A stretch of 64,000 nucleotides of DNA from an uncultured Thermoleophilia bacterium (GTDB taxonomy: Bacteria > Actinomycetota > Thermoleophilia > UBA2241). The DNA lies in NCBI GenBank assembly GCA_963829205.1, contig CAWHHT010000005.1:8082-72081 (forward strand), given 5' to 3'. A model generated the notes under the pieces. It did no database searches. It was given only the letters and a program-made list of their open reading frames with translations, and was not told the DNA's origin. Below are positions 56,080 through 64,000 of this stretch, piece by piece. Within the stretch, counting starts at the first letter, position 1. The number at the start of each line of letters is the position of its first letter. A program made the translations under genes and the position numbers.

Positions 56080-56790
56080 ATGTTCGTGCTCATCGTCGGA
56101 GGCGGGAAGGTCGGCCTCAACACTGCTCGTCAGCTGCTCCAGCTCGGTCACGAGATCGCCCTTGTCGAGCAGCGCAAGACGCGTTTCGATCTCATCTACC
56201 CGGAGCTCGAGGACTCCCTCGTGTTCGGCGACGGCACCGAGATCTGGGTGCTGGAGAAGGCCGGGATCGGCCGCGCCGACATGGTCGTGGCGGTGACCGG
56301 CGACGACGAGGACAACATCATCATCTCGCAGGTCTCAAAGCTGAAGTTCGGCGTGCCCAAGGTGGTCGCGCGCGTGAACAACCCCTTCAACCAGCCGACG
56401 TTCGACCTGCTGGGCGTGGAGGCCACGGTCTGCGCCGCGACCTCGATGCTGCGCATGATCCTGCACGAGCTGCCGGTCCACAAGTTCGTCCACCTGCTCT
56501 CGCTCAGGCGCGAGAACGTGGAGCTCGTCGAGCTCGAAGTCGGCGACTCCTCGCCGTTCGCCAACACCTACGTGCAGGACATCGACCTGCCCGAGGGCGT
56601 GCTCCTGGCGGCGATCGTGCGCGCCGGCCACGCCCTCATGGCGCGCGGCTCCACCGAGATCCTGCCCGGCGACTACGTGCTCTGCCTCCTGCCGCCGGGC
56701 CGCGAGAAGGACCTCATCAGGGTCTTCCTGCCGGACGAGGAAGCGGATCGCGTGCAGGAGCTCTCCGAGCTGGACACGTCGGGGGGCTGA
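56080..56790 (+). CDS. trkA: TrkA family K+ uptake regulatory protein (RCK N + C domains)
   Basis: MFVLIVGGGKVGLNTARQL...VAVTGDDEDN. C-domain: VELEVGDSSP...GDYVLCLL. Confidence 0.8.
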   Translation: MFVLIVGGGKVGLNTARQLLQLGHEIALVEQRKTRFDLIYPELEDSLVFGDGTEIWVLEKAGIGRADMVVAVTGDDEDNIIISQVSKLKFGVPKVVARVNNPFNQPTFDLLGVEATVCAATSMLRMILHELPVHKFVHLLSLRRENVELVELEVGDSSPFANTYVQDIDLPEGVLLAAIVRAGHALMARGSTEILPGDYVLCLLPPGREKDLIRVFLPDEEADRVQELSELDTSGG

Positions 56791-56929
56791 CGCCTGTCGC
56801 GGCGGCTCGTCGCGGCGTTCACGTCCGCGTCGCCGCTGACGGCTTTCGGCCGCGACGCGATCGGTTGACCGTCCGCAGGCTCCACCGATAGCATGGACCG
56901 GCTCTTCCGGGAGCCTGCGTCTTCCCGGT

Positions 56930-57005
56930 GGCGAGGTAGCTCAGTTGGTAGAGCACACGACTGAAAATCGTGGTGTCGTCAGTTCAATTCTGACCCTCGC
57001 CACCA
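56930..57005 (+). tRNA. tRNA-Phe (anticodon GAA), CCA encoded
   Basis: Hand-folded: acceptor GGCGAGG/CCTCGCC, D stem GCTC/GAGC, anticodon stem CACGA/TCGTG with loop CTGAAAA, T arm GTCAG-TTCAATT-CTGAC. Confidence 0.95.
56987..57005 (+). repeat. attL-like copy of a 19-bp direct repeat (ATTCTGACCCTCGCCACCA), forming the 3' end of tRNA-Phe
   Basis: It is identical to 61441..61459. Similarity extends to 25 nt with one mismatch. Confidence 0.9.
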
Positions 57006-57092
57006 ACCAACCCCTCCGCTCTGTAGGGGACTGACTCGGCTAGAACGGCCTGCGAATGACGACGGTGGAGTCTGCGCTGCTCAGGAGGCCTG

Positions 57093-57557
57093 ATGCACCT
57101 CTTTGGTGACGCCAGCGGCCCGCACCTCGCCCACTTCCAAGCGCGCCGCGAAGACGACCACGTCGATCTCCTTTGGGAGGTGCGGAACGCCAGCGGCCTG
57201 CGCTGGCGCGTGCTGCGCTCCGAGCACGAGTTTGCCGAGGCCGCCGACCCGTTGCCCGTCGGCCAGACGCTGGTCTCCGAGAGCAGCGAGGGTCACGTCT
57301 GCGACCGTCGCGTCGTCGCGGGCACGCCCTACTTCTACACGGTCTTCGTCAAGGACGAGCATGAGCTTTGGCAGCGCCAGGTCACGGTCAGGCTGGCGCA
57401 GCGCGAGCACTTGCGCTGGCTGCATCCCGCGCACGAGGACCAGCCGACGGAGACTGACTCTTCGCCGATCGGCTACCTGACGGGCGAGGTCTGGCACAGT
57501 GCAGGGGACCTCGCGGTCCTCTGGATGTATGCAGCCAACGAAGGACGCCACCGGTGA
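57093..57557 (+). CDS. Hypothetical protein (beta-sandwich/FN3-like sequence pattern)
   Basis: DLLWEVRNASGLRWRVLRS...GTPYFYTVFV. Its composition is more protein-like than that of the overlapping minus-strand ORF. Confidence 0.4.
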   Translation: MHLFGDASGPHLAHFQARREDDHVDLLWEVRNASGLRWRVLRSEHEFAEAADPLPVGQTLVSESSEGHVCDRRVVAGTPYFYTVFVKDEHELWQRQVTVRLAQREHLRWLHPAHEDQPTETDSSPIGYLTGEVWHSAGDLAVLWMYAANEGRHR

Positions 57558-57652
57558 TCGATGATCACAACGAGCGGTTGTGAGTGCCCAAGCGGCACGC
57601 TCTCGGCGTCTGATGCCGCCAGCCTGGCCCGCCCTCGCCCTCCTCGCCGCCA

Positions 57653-57913
57653 GTGTTGAAGACCAAGGAGCATATGGCCATGCTTGGCGTTGACTCTCGG
57701 CTACTCGACACGAAGTTCCTGCGCGTCGCCCTCTGGAGTGCGTGTATCTTCGTCGCACTCCTCCTCGCCGTCACGATAGGGCTGCCCTCCTGGCTCGCTA
57801 TCTTGGCCGGAGTTGGCCTCGTCATCAGCGGACTCGTTGCGGGCGTGGCTGCGTACGTCTGGGCCTGGACGCTCGCGCACAGCGCCGGGAAGTCACGGGG
57901 TGGGCGACGGTGA
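57653..57913 (+). CDS. Hypothetical two-TM membrane protein
   Basis: Two hydrophobic helices (ALWSACIFVALLLAV..., LAILAGVGLVISGLVAGVAAYVWAW). Confidence 0.35.
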   Translation: MLKTKEHMAMLGVDSRLLDTKFLRVALWSACIFVALLLAVTIGLPSWLAILAGVGLVISGLVAGVAAYVWAWTLAHSAGKSRGGRR

Positions 57914-57926
57914 CTCGGCCACCGGT

Positions 57927-58514
57927 ATGAAGTTCGCCGTCGTCGTCCTCGCCGCCGCCGCGCTGCTGATCGCGGGCTGCGGCTCGGCGCAGCCGGGCGT
58001 CACGGCGACGGCGGCGGGCGGCACGCTGGCTACGTTCCGCAGCACAGCCGGATGCTTCTCCATCAGCTACGATCCTCGTCTCTTCTACGCGGACGCTCAG
58101 CTGAGCTATGACACGCCCGGAGTACCGCCGTCAGTGGTCTGGAACACTTGGCCAGCGACCCTGGGGAACAAGGAGCCGACGGATGCACCTGCTGCTGAGA
58201 TCAGTGTCTCGGCGACAGACTGGTTTGCCAACGGCATGACGAGCGGCAACGTGCTGTTCGATGCGTCGTGGTACCGATCGCAGGCGCAGCAGGGTCATGG
58301 TCGCTTCGAGACCGTTCGGCGCGGCGGTCTGCACGGCTTTCGCGCCGAGTGGGTCGAGGCCAACGACAACAACCAGCGGCAAGTCCTCATCATGCTCGGT
58401 CTCGTGCAGAAACACCTCCTGTACCACATCTCGGCTGTCTGCCTACTCAGCCACTGGCCTCGTCTGCGTACTCCAATGACCGCCGTCCTCGGCTCCTTCC
58501 GAGTGCTGCCGTGA
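57927..58514 (+). CDS. Hypothetical lipoprotein
   Basis: Signal peptide with lipobox: MKFAVVVLAAAALLIAGCGS. Confidence 0.5.
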   Translation: MKFAVVVLAAAALLIAGCGSAQPGVTATAAGGTLATFRSTAGCFSISYDPRLFYADAQLSYDTPGVPPSVVWNTWPATLGNKEPTDAPAAEISVSATDWFANGMTSGNVLFDASWYRSQAQQGHGRFETVRRGGLHGFRAEWVEANDNNQRQVLIMLGLVQKHLLYHISAVCLLSHWPRLRTPMTAVLGSFRVLP

Positions 58515-58562
58515 CCATCACTCGCCAGGGCGAGGGTGACGACGAAGCCGGCGATGTGGAGG

Positions 58563-58874
58563 TCAGGACCTGGACTGGATGAGCAACAGCCCGACGATCG
58601 CAAGGGAGAGTGCTACCGCTGCCCCATCGATGCCGAGGTCGGCTACGGCCGACCAGGTATCCGCGTTGTAGGCAACGTAGTAGCAGGCAACAGCGCCGAG
58701 AGACCCGAGGCCAACCAAGACCCAGCCGACTTTCCGCACAAGTCCCCCCACTTCGCCTGTCTGCGGCCACGCTATGTCCCGGCTATTGCGGTGCTGTGAA
58801 GTCATTGTGAAGAACCACGAAGAGCGGACAACAGAAACGGCCCGCCAGATGCCCAGTCGCGATGCCTCGTCCAA
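58563..58874 (-). CDS. Hypothetical membrane protein
   Basis: Two hydrophobic segments; no family recognised; the start is uncertain. Confidence 0.3.
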   Translation of the reverse strand: MDEASRLGIWRAVSVVRSSWFFTMTSQHRNSRDIAWPQTGEVGGLVRKVGWVLVGLGSLGAVACYYVAYNADTWSAVADLGIDGAAVALSLAIVGLLLIQSRS

Positions 58875-58981
58875 TGTGGGATACGGGTCAATGCGATGGC
58901 CGGGCCAGTGGGAGCGGCGACGTCGTCAGGCAGCGTCGGGTGAGGTCGAGCGTCTGTTCGAACGGGAGGCCGCGTCGTGGG

Positions 58982-59170
58982 TCAGAGCCACACTTTTCGG
59001 TTCATCCAGAAGCCGATGACACCGATGGCCGCGAGCGTGACCCCCCCGACCAGAGCCGGTGATTGCGATCCCGCGGCCAGCCGGTCGGCCGCCGCCATGT
59101 ATGCGGCGACGACCCCGACCGCGACGAGGAAGACAGAGGCGACAGTGGTGACGATTGGGTCCATTCTCAT
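58982..59170 (-). CDS. Hypothetical 62-aa two-TM membrane protein
   Basis: VASVFLVAVGVVAAYMAA...VTLAAIGVIGFWM. Confidence 0.35.
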   Translation of the reverse strand: MRMDPIVTTVASVFLVAVGVVAAYMAAADRLAAGSQSPALVGGVTLAAIGVIGFWMNRKVWL

Positions 59171-59216
59171 GCGAAGCCTCTCGTCGGTTCAGTGCAGCCG
59201 GGCACGGTGCATCACC

Positions 59217-59444
59217 TCAGCCGTCCAGCGCCTTCCTCTTCATCTCCTTGCGGTCCAGTAAGAGATGTCGACCGATCTTCGTGCTCCACACGTCTCCCTT
59301 CACTACCATGCGCCGAACCTCGAACGCACTCACGCCCAGCATCTCGGCCGCCTCTTTGGTCGTCATCACTGGACGCTCAGTCTGCGACAGTTGCTCCAGG
59401 GCCACGTCCGTACCTCCTCGCCATCCAACCTCAGCCATGACCAC
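59217..59444 (-). CDS. Excisionase-family/MerR-like helix-turn-helix DNA-binding protein
   Basis: MTTKEAAEMLGVSAFEVRRMVVKGDVWSTKIGRHLLL. The start is probably the internal Met. Confidence 0.55.
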   Translation of the reverse strand: MVMAEVGWRGGTDVALEQLSQTERPVMTTKEAAEMLGVSAFEVRRMVVKGDVWSTKIGRHLLLDRKEMKRKALDG

Positions 59445-59650
59445 GCATTCAACTCGCGCCTGGGTTCACCTTCTGCGTAGCTTGCGGGGCGCGGAATGGC
59501 GTGCGACGCGCAGGATGACGAACGGGGTGCGACGTGATGCGGGCGAGAGTCTGCGGATGGCCGGACGGGAGGGCGACGTTGTCAGGCAGAGTCGCCCTCG
59601 CCAGCGCCCGAGCGGCCCTGCTGCTGACACTCCCTCGCCAGGCGATGCTT

Positions 59651-59902
59651 CTACTCGCGGCTGAGGGCGTAGTGGTCACGCGTGACCTCCCTCAGACGTG
59701 CGGCCCTGGCGTGTCTGGCGGCGTAGCCCAGCGTCCGGGCATCATGCGGGTCGCAGTGGTAGCGCGCGGGAGCGGCCGCCGTGTGGCACTCCTCGCACCA
59801 TGTATTGGCTTCGCCGGGCAGCGCACACCACATCTCGCGTGCGGCCGGCTTCGTTTGGCCGCACTTGGCGCAGGTCTTTGTTTCCTTCATGCGGCCTAGC
59901 AT
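59651..59902 (-). CDS. Hypothetical zinc-finger protein (CxxC...CxxCH), phage-like
   Basis: KTCAKCGQTKP...WCEECH. Confidence 0.4.
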   Translation of the reverse strand: MLGRMKETKTCAKCGQTKPAAREMWCALPGEANTWCEECHTAAAPARYHCDPHDARTLGYAARHARAARLREVTRDHYALSRE

Positions 59903-60219
59903 CCGCCGCGAAGGGTGAGGGCATCAACGACCCGAGAGCCATCGCCTTGTCGCAGATGCGGTCGCCTATCGTCCCAAAAGGTACAACGAGGAACTGGCGT
60001 TCGGTCGCGCACTGGATCACGTCGAAACCCTTGGGCGCCGGCTGAGCCGCCGGCGCCATGATCGCGTCAGGAGAGTCGGGTGAAACGCCGACCTTGGTGC
60101 CCGAGGCCCATGAGGCCACTCTGCCGAAGTAGAAGCGCATCTCTCGGGCTTCCCCCGCGATGGGGCTACTGCTCGTCACGCCTCAGGACGATAATGTCGA
60201 TGGGTGACCAAGGAGAGCC

Positions 60220-60678
60220 ATGACCGTGCAACCGCCGCCGCCGGTACCGGCACGACCGCCGGGATCACCGAAGCGCCTCGTCGTCGGCCTTACGGCCAAG
60301 AGCTGGGCTGTCATCGGCGGCATCTTCCTGCTGCTCTTCGTCGGCGTCATCGGCTGCGCGCATCTCCACGCCAGCAGCAACCCCGCCCCGAAACTCAGCC
60401 CGCAGGCCATCGCCTTCCTCGACACGGCCATGCCGGCGCTCGCCAAGGTGATGGACGAGTACAACGCCGGCAACGAGGAGCAGGCCGCGGCCGACTGGCA
60501 GGCCATCGGCGAGATGCCTGTGTCGACGACCACGGACTTCGTCGTCGACAAGGACTACAGCGCCTACGCGAACAACGTTCAGTTCTACATGCTGGGCAAC
60601 GGAAGCAGCACGCTCAAGCAAGTTGAGGACTCACGCTCCAAGACGGAGAAGGCCATCGAGGCGGCAAAGCAGCCGTAG
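60220..60678 (+). CDS. Hypothetical membrane-anchored protein
   Basis: Pro-rich N-terminus, single TM (WAVIGGIFLLLFVGVIGCA), and a soluble C-domain. Confidence 0.4.
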   Translation: MTVQPPPPVPARPPGSPKRLVVGLTAKSWAVIGGIFLLLFVGVIGCAHLHASSNPAPKLSPQAIAFLDTAMPALAKVMDEYNAGNEEQAAADWQAIGEMPVSTTTDFVVDKDYSAYANNVQFYMLGNGSSTLKQVEDSRSKTEKAIEAAKQP

Positions 60679-60771
60679 GTACTACCCGCTCAACCCGCAA
60701 GGGTGGCTATCGGGCGCGGGCTACCCACGGCGGTTGGAACCAGGCGCGGGGTCGTGAAAGACGCCGCGCGG

Positions 60772-61140
60772 CTACCGAGAAGTGAAACCCTTGGGTGACT
60801 CGGGCGCGGTGGGAGGGCTGACCGTGTCCGGCGGCTCAGGCGGCGGGTAGGGCGCTTCGGAAGCGGTCTCCGCTGCCGTCGCTGCCGCGTCAGCGGCCGC
60901 ATCTGGAATGGCCTCAGGGGCATGACGGGGGACCGCTGGTCTCCGCTTCACCATGACGTAGCCCTTGCCGTGGCACTTGACGCAGTGTGCATAGCCCTGC
61001 CGGTCGACGTAGGGCATGTGGCTCCACGAGAACCGGGGATTGCGACGCGGAAGGCCGGTGCCATCGCAGGCGTCGCAGCGCACGCGCTCGCAATCCGCCG
61101 GATCGTCCTTCTCGTCTGAGGCGCTCCGCCGCCAGTCCAT
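60772..61140 (-). CDS. Hypothetical protein with DnaJ-type CxxCxGxG zinc-finger repeats
   Basis: CDACDGTG and CVKCHGKG, followed by an A/P-rich tail. Start taken at MDWRR. Confidence 0.4.
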   Translation of the reverse strand: MDWRRSASDEKDDPADCERVRCDACDGTGLPRRNPRFSWSHMPYVDRQGYAHCVKCHGKGYVMVKRRPAVPRHAPEAIPDAAADAAATAAETASEAPYPPPEPPDTVSPPTAPESPKGFTSR

Positions 61141-61440
61141 GCCGCGATTGTACCCACGGCGGCGCCGCGACCGCCGGGCCAGAGGGGCGGCCATGTTGTC
61201 AGGCGCCGTCGTCCATGGGCCTTCCGCGAAGCTGCGCCGACGACCATCATCGGCACCGCGCGGACGGAAGTGCAATGGAGCGATGGACGCAGGGCGGCCC
61301 GTCGCACAAGCGCCCCCTAGGGCTGCGCGACGGGCCGCGAGGGTCATGCCGTCGCATCACCCGTGCCTAGGCTTTGACGTTGGTGGCTCATCTCCTCCGG
61401 CCTCAGATGCGAAACGGCTCGCAGTTGGCGATGGGGTTCG

Positions 61441-61459
61441 ATTCTGACCCTCGCCACCA
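61441..61459 (+). repeat. attR-like copy of the 19-bp direct repeat (tRNA-Phe 3' end fragment)
   Basis: ATTCTGACCCTCGCCACCA, preceded by GTTCG (versus GTTCA in the tRNA). No 5' half of a tRNA is present. Confidence 0.9.
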
Positions 61460-61625
61460 CTTCCGTCCCCAGCCGATCAACGGACTCCGCAGGCACGCAA
61501 AAGGCCCGGCGCGCCGGTAGTCTTCGCGGCAAGCGTCGGGCCTGTGATCTGACCATACATCGGTCGTTGACGCGGAGCGACCCGCTGTCGCCGATCACGC
61601 GAGGAGTGCGGCCAGGCGACAGCGG

Positions 61626-62000
61626 TCAGGCGTTCACCATGAGCTTCGCCTGCGCCACGTTGAGTACCTGCCACACCGCCAGCTTCCGAAAAGCGAACCT
61701 CATCTCCACCAGCAGTCCTGGGTCGCATGTGACCGGGTCGAGGGCGTCGACCACTGCGTCGGCGACCGGACGCTCATGGACCTGCACCAGGCGTGTTCTG
61801 CCGCTCGGCAGCACCTGAGGACGCCGGTGTTCGCGAACGCTGATGGCCATGGTCGAGTCAGGGCGAATGAGGCAGGTGAGCCGGTACTCGCTCTCGCCTA
61901 GGAGCAGCGTCGTCGCGGCGCCCGTGTCGAGGGCGTGGCATACGGCCTCATCCACGTTCTCGAAGCCGTGCGGATCCCAGAGTACGTCGAGCTCGGCCAT
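61626..62000 (-). CDS. Hypothetical protein
   Basis: ORF from MAELDVLWDPHGFENVDEAV...; no family recognised. Confidence 0.35.
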   Translation of the reverse strand: MAELDVLWDPHGFENVDEAVCHALDTGAATTLLLGESEYRLTCLIRPDSTMAISVREHRRPQVLPSGRTRLVQVHERPVADAVVDALDPVTCDPGLLVEMRFAFRKLAVWQVLNVAQAKLMVNA

Positions 62001-62285
62001 GTGACCTCCGTGGAGTGTGGCGACCCATGCGGTCGTGGTCGGTGACAGCCTACGACCGCATACGGACGTCGACAATGGGGCGAAAGACGCGAAGTAGCCC
62101 GCCGCCGATCGATCCGCGTGTGTGCACGGCGGTGCACCGTCTCACCCGACGCGGACGCCGCTACCCGGTTCGTCCGTCTGAGCTCCGCGCCCAAGGGCAG
62201 AGTGGGAGAAGGGCGCGCAGCAGCCGGGGAACGGGGCGGATCACAGCGCGTGGAGCACTGGCGACGACGACGGCGGGGCTACGGC

Positions 62286-62582
62286 ATGGTGACCAGACGG
62301 CTGCTCCAGCTCAAGCTCGACCGGCGTGAGCTGGGTTTCTACAGCGCGCGAGTAGTGCGCGAAGACGGGGGCAAGGCGGGTTGGTCGCTGCGCGTCGAGT
62401 CGCCCTCCGATGTCGACCAGTTCCGCGATCGCCTGGCGGCCGGCTCCTCTCTGAGCTTGAACATGCTGACCATCGACGGCGACCGGCTGGCCGGCGAGGC
62501 GTGTGTGGCCAGCCTCAGCGACTCGCTCGAGGAGGCGACGATCGTCGTGCTCTCGGGCATGGGACCCTTGCGCCGGGCGTAG
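62286..62582 (+). CDS. Hypothetical protein
   Basis: ORF from MVTRRLLQLKLDRRELGFY...; no family recognised. Confidence 0.3.
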   Translation: MVTRRLLQLKLDRRELGFYSARVVREDGGKAGWSLRVESPSDVDQFRDRLAAGSSLSLNMLTIDGDRLAGEACVASLSDSLEEATIVVLSGMGPLRRA

Positions 62583-62604
62583 CGAGAGAGGCGTCTCCCG
62601 GCCG

Positions 62605-62916
62605 TCAGCTCTGGAAGACGTCCTCGCCGACGAGCTCCGGGACGCGCAGCATCTCGAACACGCCGCGCACTGCGGGGGAGAGGTTGCGCGCCAGCAACGG
62701 GGTGCCCTGGCTCTTCATGTCGAGGCATAGTCTCACGAAGATGCCGGTGCCCGACGAATCGATGAACTCCACTCCCGCGAAGTCCAGAACGACCATCTTG
62801 GCGCCGCGCGCGGCCTCAGCCACGGCGTCGCGGAGGGTGTCGGCGCAGTCGAGGTCCATCTCACCGGCGAGGAACACGGTGGGCGCCGGGCCCTGAGCGA
62901 TCGTTGTCCGCAGCAT
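62605..62916 (-). CDS. STAS-domain anti-sigma factor antagonist (RsbV/SpoIIAA-like)
   Basis: VVLDFAGVEFIDSSGTGIFV (phosphorylatable Ser in DSSG). 103 aa. GGAG RBS. Confidence 0.75.
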   Translation of the reverse strand: MLRTTIAQGPAPTVFLAGEMDLDCADTLRDAVAEAARGAKMVVLDFAGVEFIDSSGTGIFVRLCLDMKSQGTPLLARNLSPAVRGVFEMLRVPELVGEDVFQS

Positions 62917-62927
62917 GGTCTCCTGCC

Positions 62928-63710
62928 TCAGTCGGTGGTCATGCGGTCGAGAAGCAACGTGGTGCCGTCTGGGCCCGTGGAAAGCCCGACCGCGTCGAGA
63001 TAGTCGAGGATGATCTTGAATCCGTATCCCATCGACGCCTGCCCTTTGGCCTTGGGCGGCTCGATCCAGTTCAGGAAGTTGAGGCCTGGGCCGTGGTCGG
63101 CGACCACGACGCGCAGCCGGTCGTCGAGGCGGCGCAGCGTCATGCCGCCGTGGCCGCCCCCGTGCAGCAGCATGTTGGTGACGGCCTCGGAGATGCACAA
63201 CGTGGTGCGCTTTCGCGTGGTGTCGTCGATGTCCGCCTCGCGCAGGACGTCGTCGACCGCCTCGCGCGCCTCCGTGAGCTCGGCGGACCTGCTGATGTCG
63301 AAGTGCAGGACCTGTTCGCCGGCTGTGACCTCGGCGGTCACCTGATCGGCGTCGAGGACACGGAGCTTGCCGCAGGCGATGGCCGCCGCGAGGTTGTTGA
63401 GGATCTCCACGAGGCTGCGACGGTGGTCGCCGTGGTGCCGTTGCCAGCCGTTGGTGCGGATGCTGAGGATGTCGCAGTGGTCGCCCTGCGGGACGAAGCA
63501 GAGCTCATCGGCGACGAAGTCGTCGGCCTGGGAGACCGCGTAGCACATGAAGGTGCCGCTCGATAGGGCCTCGGCCGCGTGTGCGACGAGGTCATCCTGC
63601 GGAAGCTCGGGCTCGAGTTCACCGATCACCGGGCACACTTCGCTGTCGCCTTGCGTGTACCGGTAGACCTGCAGCGAGACCGGCGGTTCGGCCGCGGCGT
63701 CAACCATCAC
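62928..63710 (-). CDS. RsbW/SpoIIAB-like serine kinase (HATPase_c) with a roughly 140-aa unrecognised N-terminal domain
   Basis: The C-terminal half reads LCISEAVTNMLLHGGG...VVADHGPGL...GYGFKII. The N-terminal half has no recognised family. Confidence 0.7.
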   Translation of the reverse strand: MMVDAAAEPPVSLQVYRYTQGDSEVCPVIGELEPELPQDDLVAHAAEALSSGTFMCYAVSQADDFVADELCFVPQGDHCDILSIRTNGWQRHHGDHRRSLVEILNNLAAAIACGKLRVLDADQVTAEVTAGEQVLHFDISRSAELTEAREAVDDVLREADIDDTTRKRTTLCISEAVTNMLLHGGGHGGMTLRRLDDRLRVVVADHGPGLNFLNWIEPPKAKGQASMGYGFKIILDYLDAVGLSTGPDGTTLLLDRMTTD

Positions 63711-63758
63711 TGCCCCCGTTTGCTGTCATCCATCCCGCGGTCAGTCGCCGGCGCGGCC

Positions 63759-64000
63759 TCAGGCTATGCGCGCGAGCAACAGTGTCGCGTCGTCGCTCGG
63801 CGAGGCCTCGGCGCGAAACGCTTCGATCCGGCTCCAGACCGTGTCAAGTGTCTCATCAAGCGAGCGCAGATGACAGTCCTGAAGCGTCTCCTCGAGCCGC
63901 TCGAGCCCGAAGAGGGCGCCGCCGGGAGCGCGCGCCTCGGTCAAGCCATCGGTGTACAGCGCGACCGCGTCGCCCGGCGACAGGTCGATTCGGTCCTCGG
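63759..64000 (-). CDS. PP2C/SpoIIE-family phosphatase (C-terminal part; 5' end outside window)
   Basis: LSPGDAVALYTDGLTEAR...SDDATLLLARI. The frame is open to the window edge. Confidence 0.7.
   Translation of the reverse strand, partial: EDRIDLSPGDAVALYTDGLTEARAPGGALFGLERLEETLQDCHLRSLDETLDTVWSRIEAFRAEASPSDDATLLLARIA

Larger units (their letters stand above)
57006..61459. mobile_element. About 4.45 kb tRNA-Phe-associated genomic islet (integrase-less remnant of an integrative element or prophage)
   Basis: It is bounded by direct repeats of the tRNA 3' end and has visibly lower GC than its flanks. It encodes small membrane proteins, a lipoprotein, an excisionase-type HTH and zinc-finger proteins. 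No recombinase ORF was recognised. Confidence 0.55.

Noticed and set aside
61430-61459. Possible second tRNA gene
   Set aside because: Only the T-loop and 3' acceptor part is present, and the 5' T-stem does not pair. It is an att-type duplication of the tRNA-Phe 3' end, not a gene.
57006-61459. Integrase or recombinase within the tRNA-Phe islet
   Set aside because: I checked all listed ORFs in the interval. None has the R..HxxR..Y tyrosine-recombinase or serine-recombinase hallmarks, or sufficient length.

Overview
High-GC bacterial chromosome segment, roughly 70% GC by eye, with strong GGAGG-type ribosome-binding sites. I cannot place the taxon. The gene content looks like an anaerobic high-GC Bacillota- or Actinomycetota-like organism.

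The centre of the window (10.9-35.3 kb) is transcribed entirely on the minus strand and forms a roughly 24 kb [FeFe]-hydrogenase supercluster. It contains:
- Maturases hydF and hydG, with an aspartate ammonia-lyase and a TM1266-like ACT protein between them. No hydE is present.
- An intact NuoE/NuoF-linked hydrogenase operon (REC-hydC-hydB-hydA).
- A signalling block: GAF histidine kinase, REC-histidine kinase hybrid, a histidine kinase whose sensor is a hydrogenase H-domain, and two stand-alone receivers.
- A second hydrogenase operon: rex, DRTGG, RsbW-like kinase/ferredoxin/hydrogenase-like fusion, DRTGG, PHP, GHKL ATPase, nuoE, 2Fe-2S ferredoxin, NuoF-GltD fusion, hydA.

The second operon and its sensors carry at least 16 reading-frame breaks. 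The first operon and the maturases carry none.

Flanking regions:
- Left: S41 and HtrA proteases, small enzymes, Ku-LigD NHEJ, a glutaredoxin-like pair, tRNA-Pro.
- Right: class III aminotransferase, thioesterase and rhomboid, M24 peptidase, Rrf2-NifU, a polyphosphate module (ppk1-sixA-CYTH/CHAD, ppx), CoA-transferase, MTAP, H+-pyrophosphatase, APC permease-USP fusion, TrkA pair, tRNA-Phe.
- A roughly 4.45 kb lower-GC islet follows tRNA-Phe. It is bounded by a 19-bp direct repeat of the tRNA 3' end and has no integrase.
- The window ends in an RsbV/RsbW/PP2C-type partner-switching module.

All coordinates of frame breaks are approximate (about 10-15 nt). They were inferred by following conserved protein motifs across frames.
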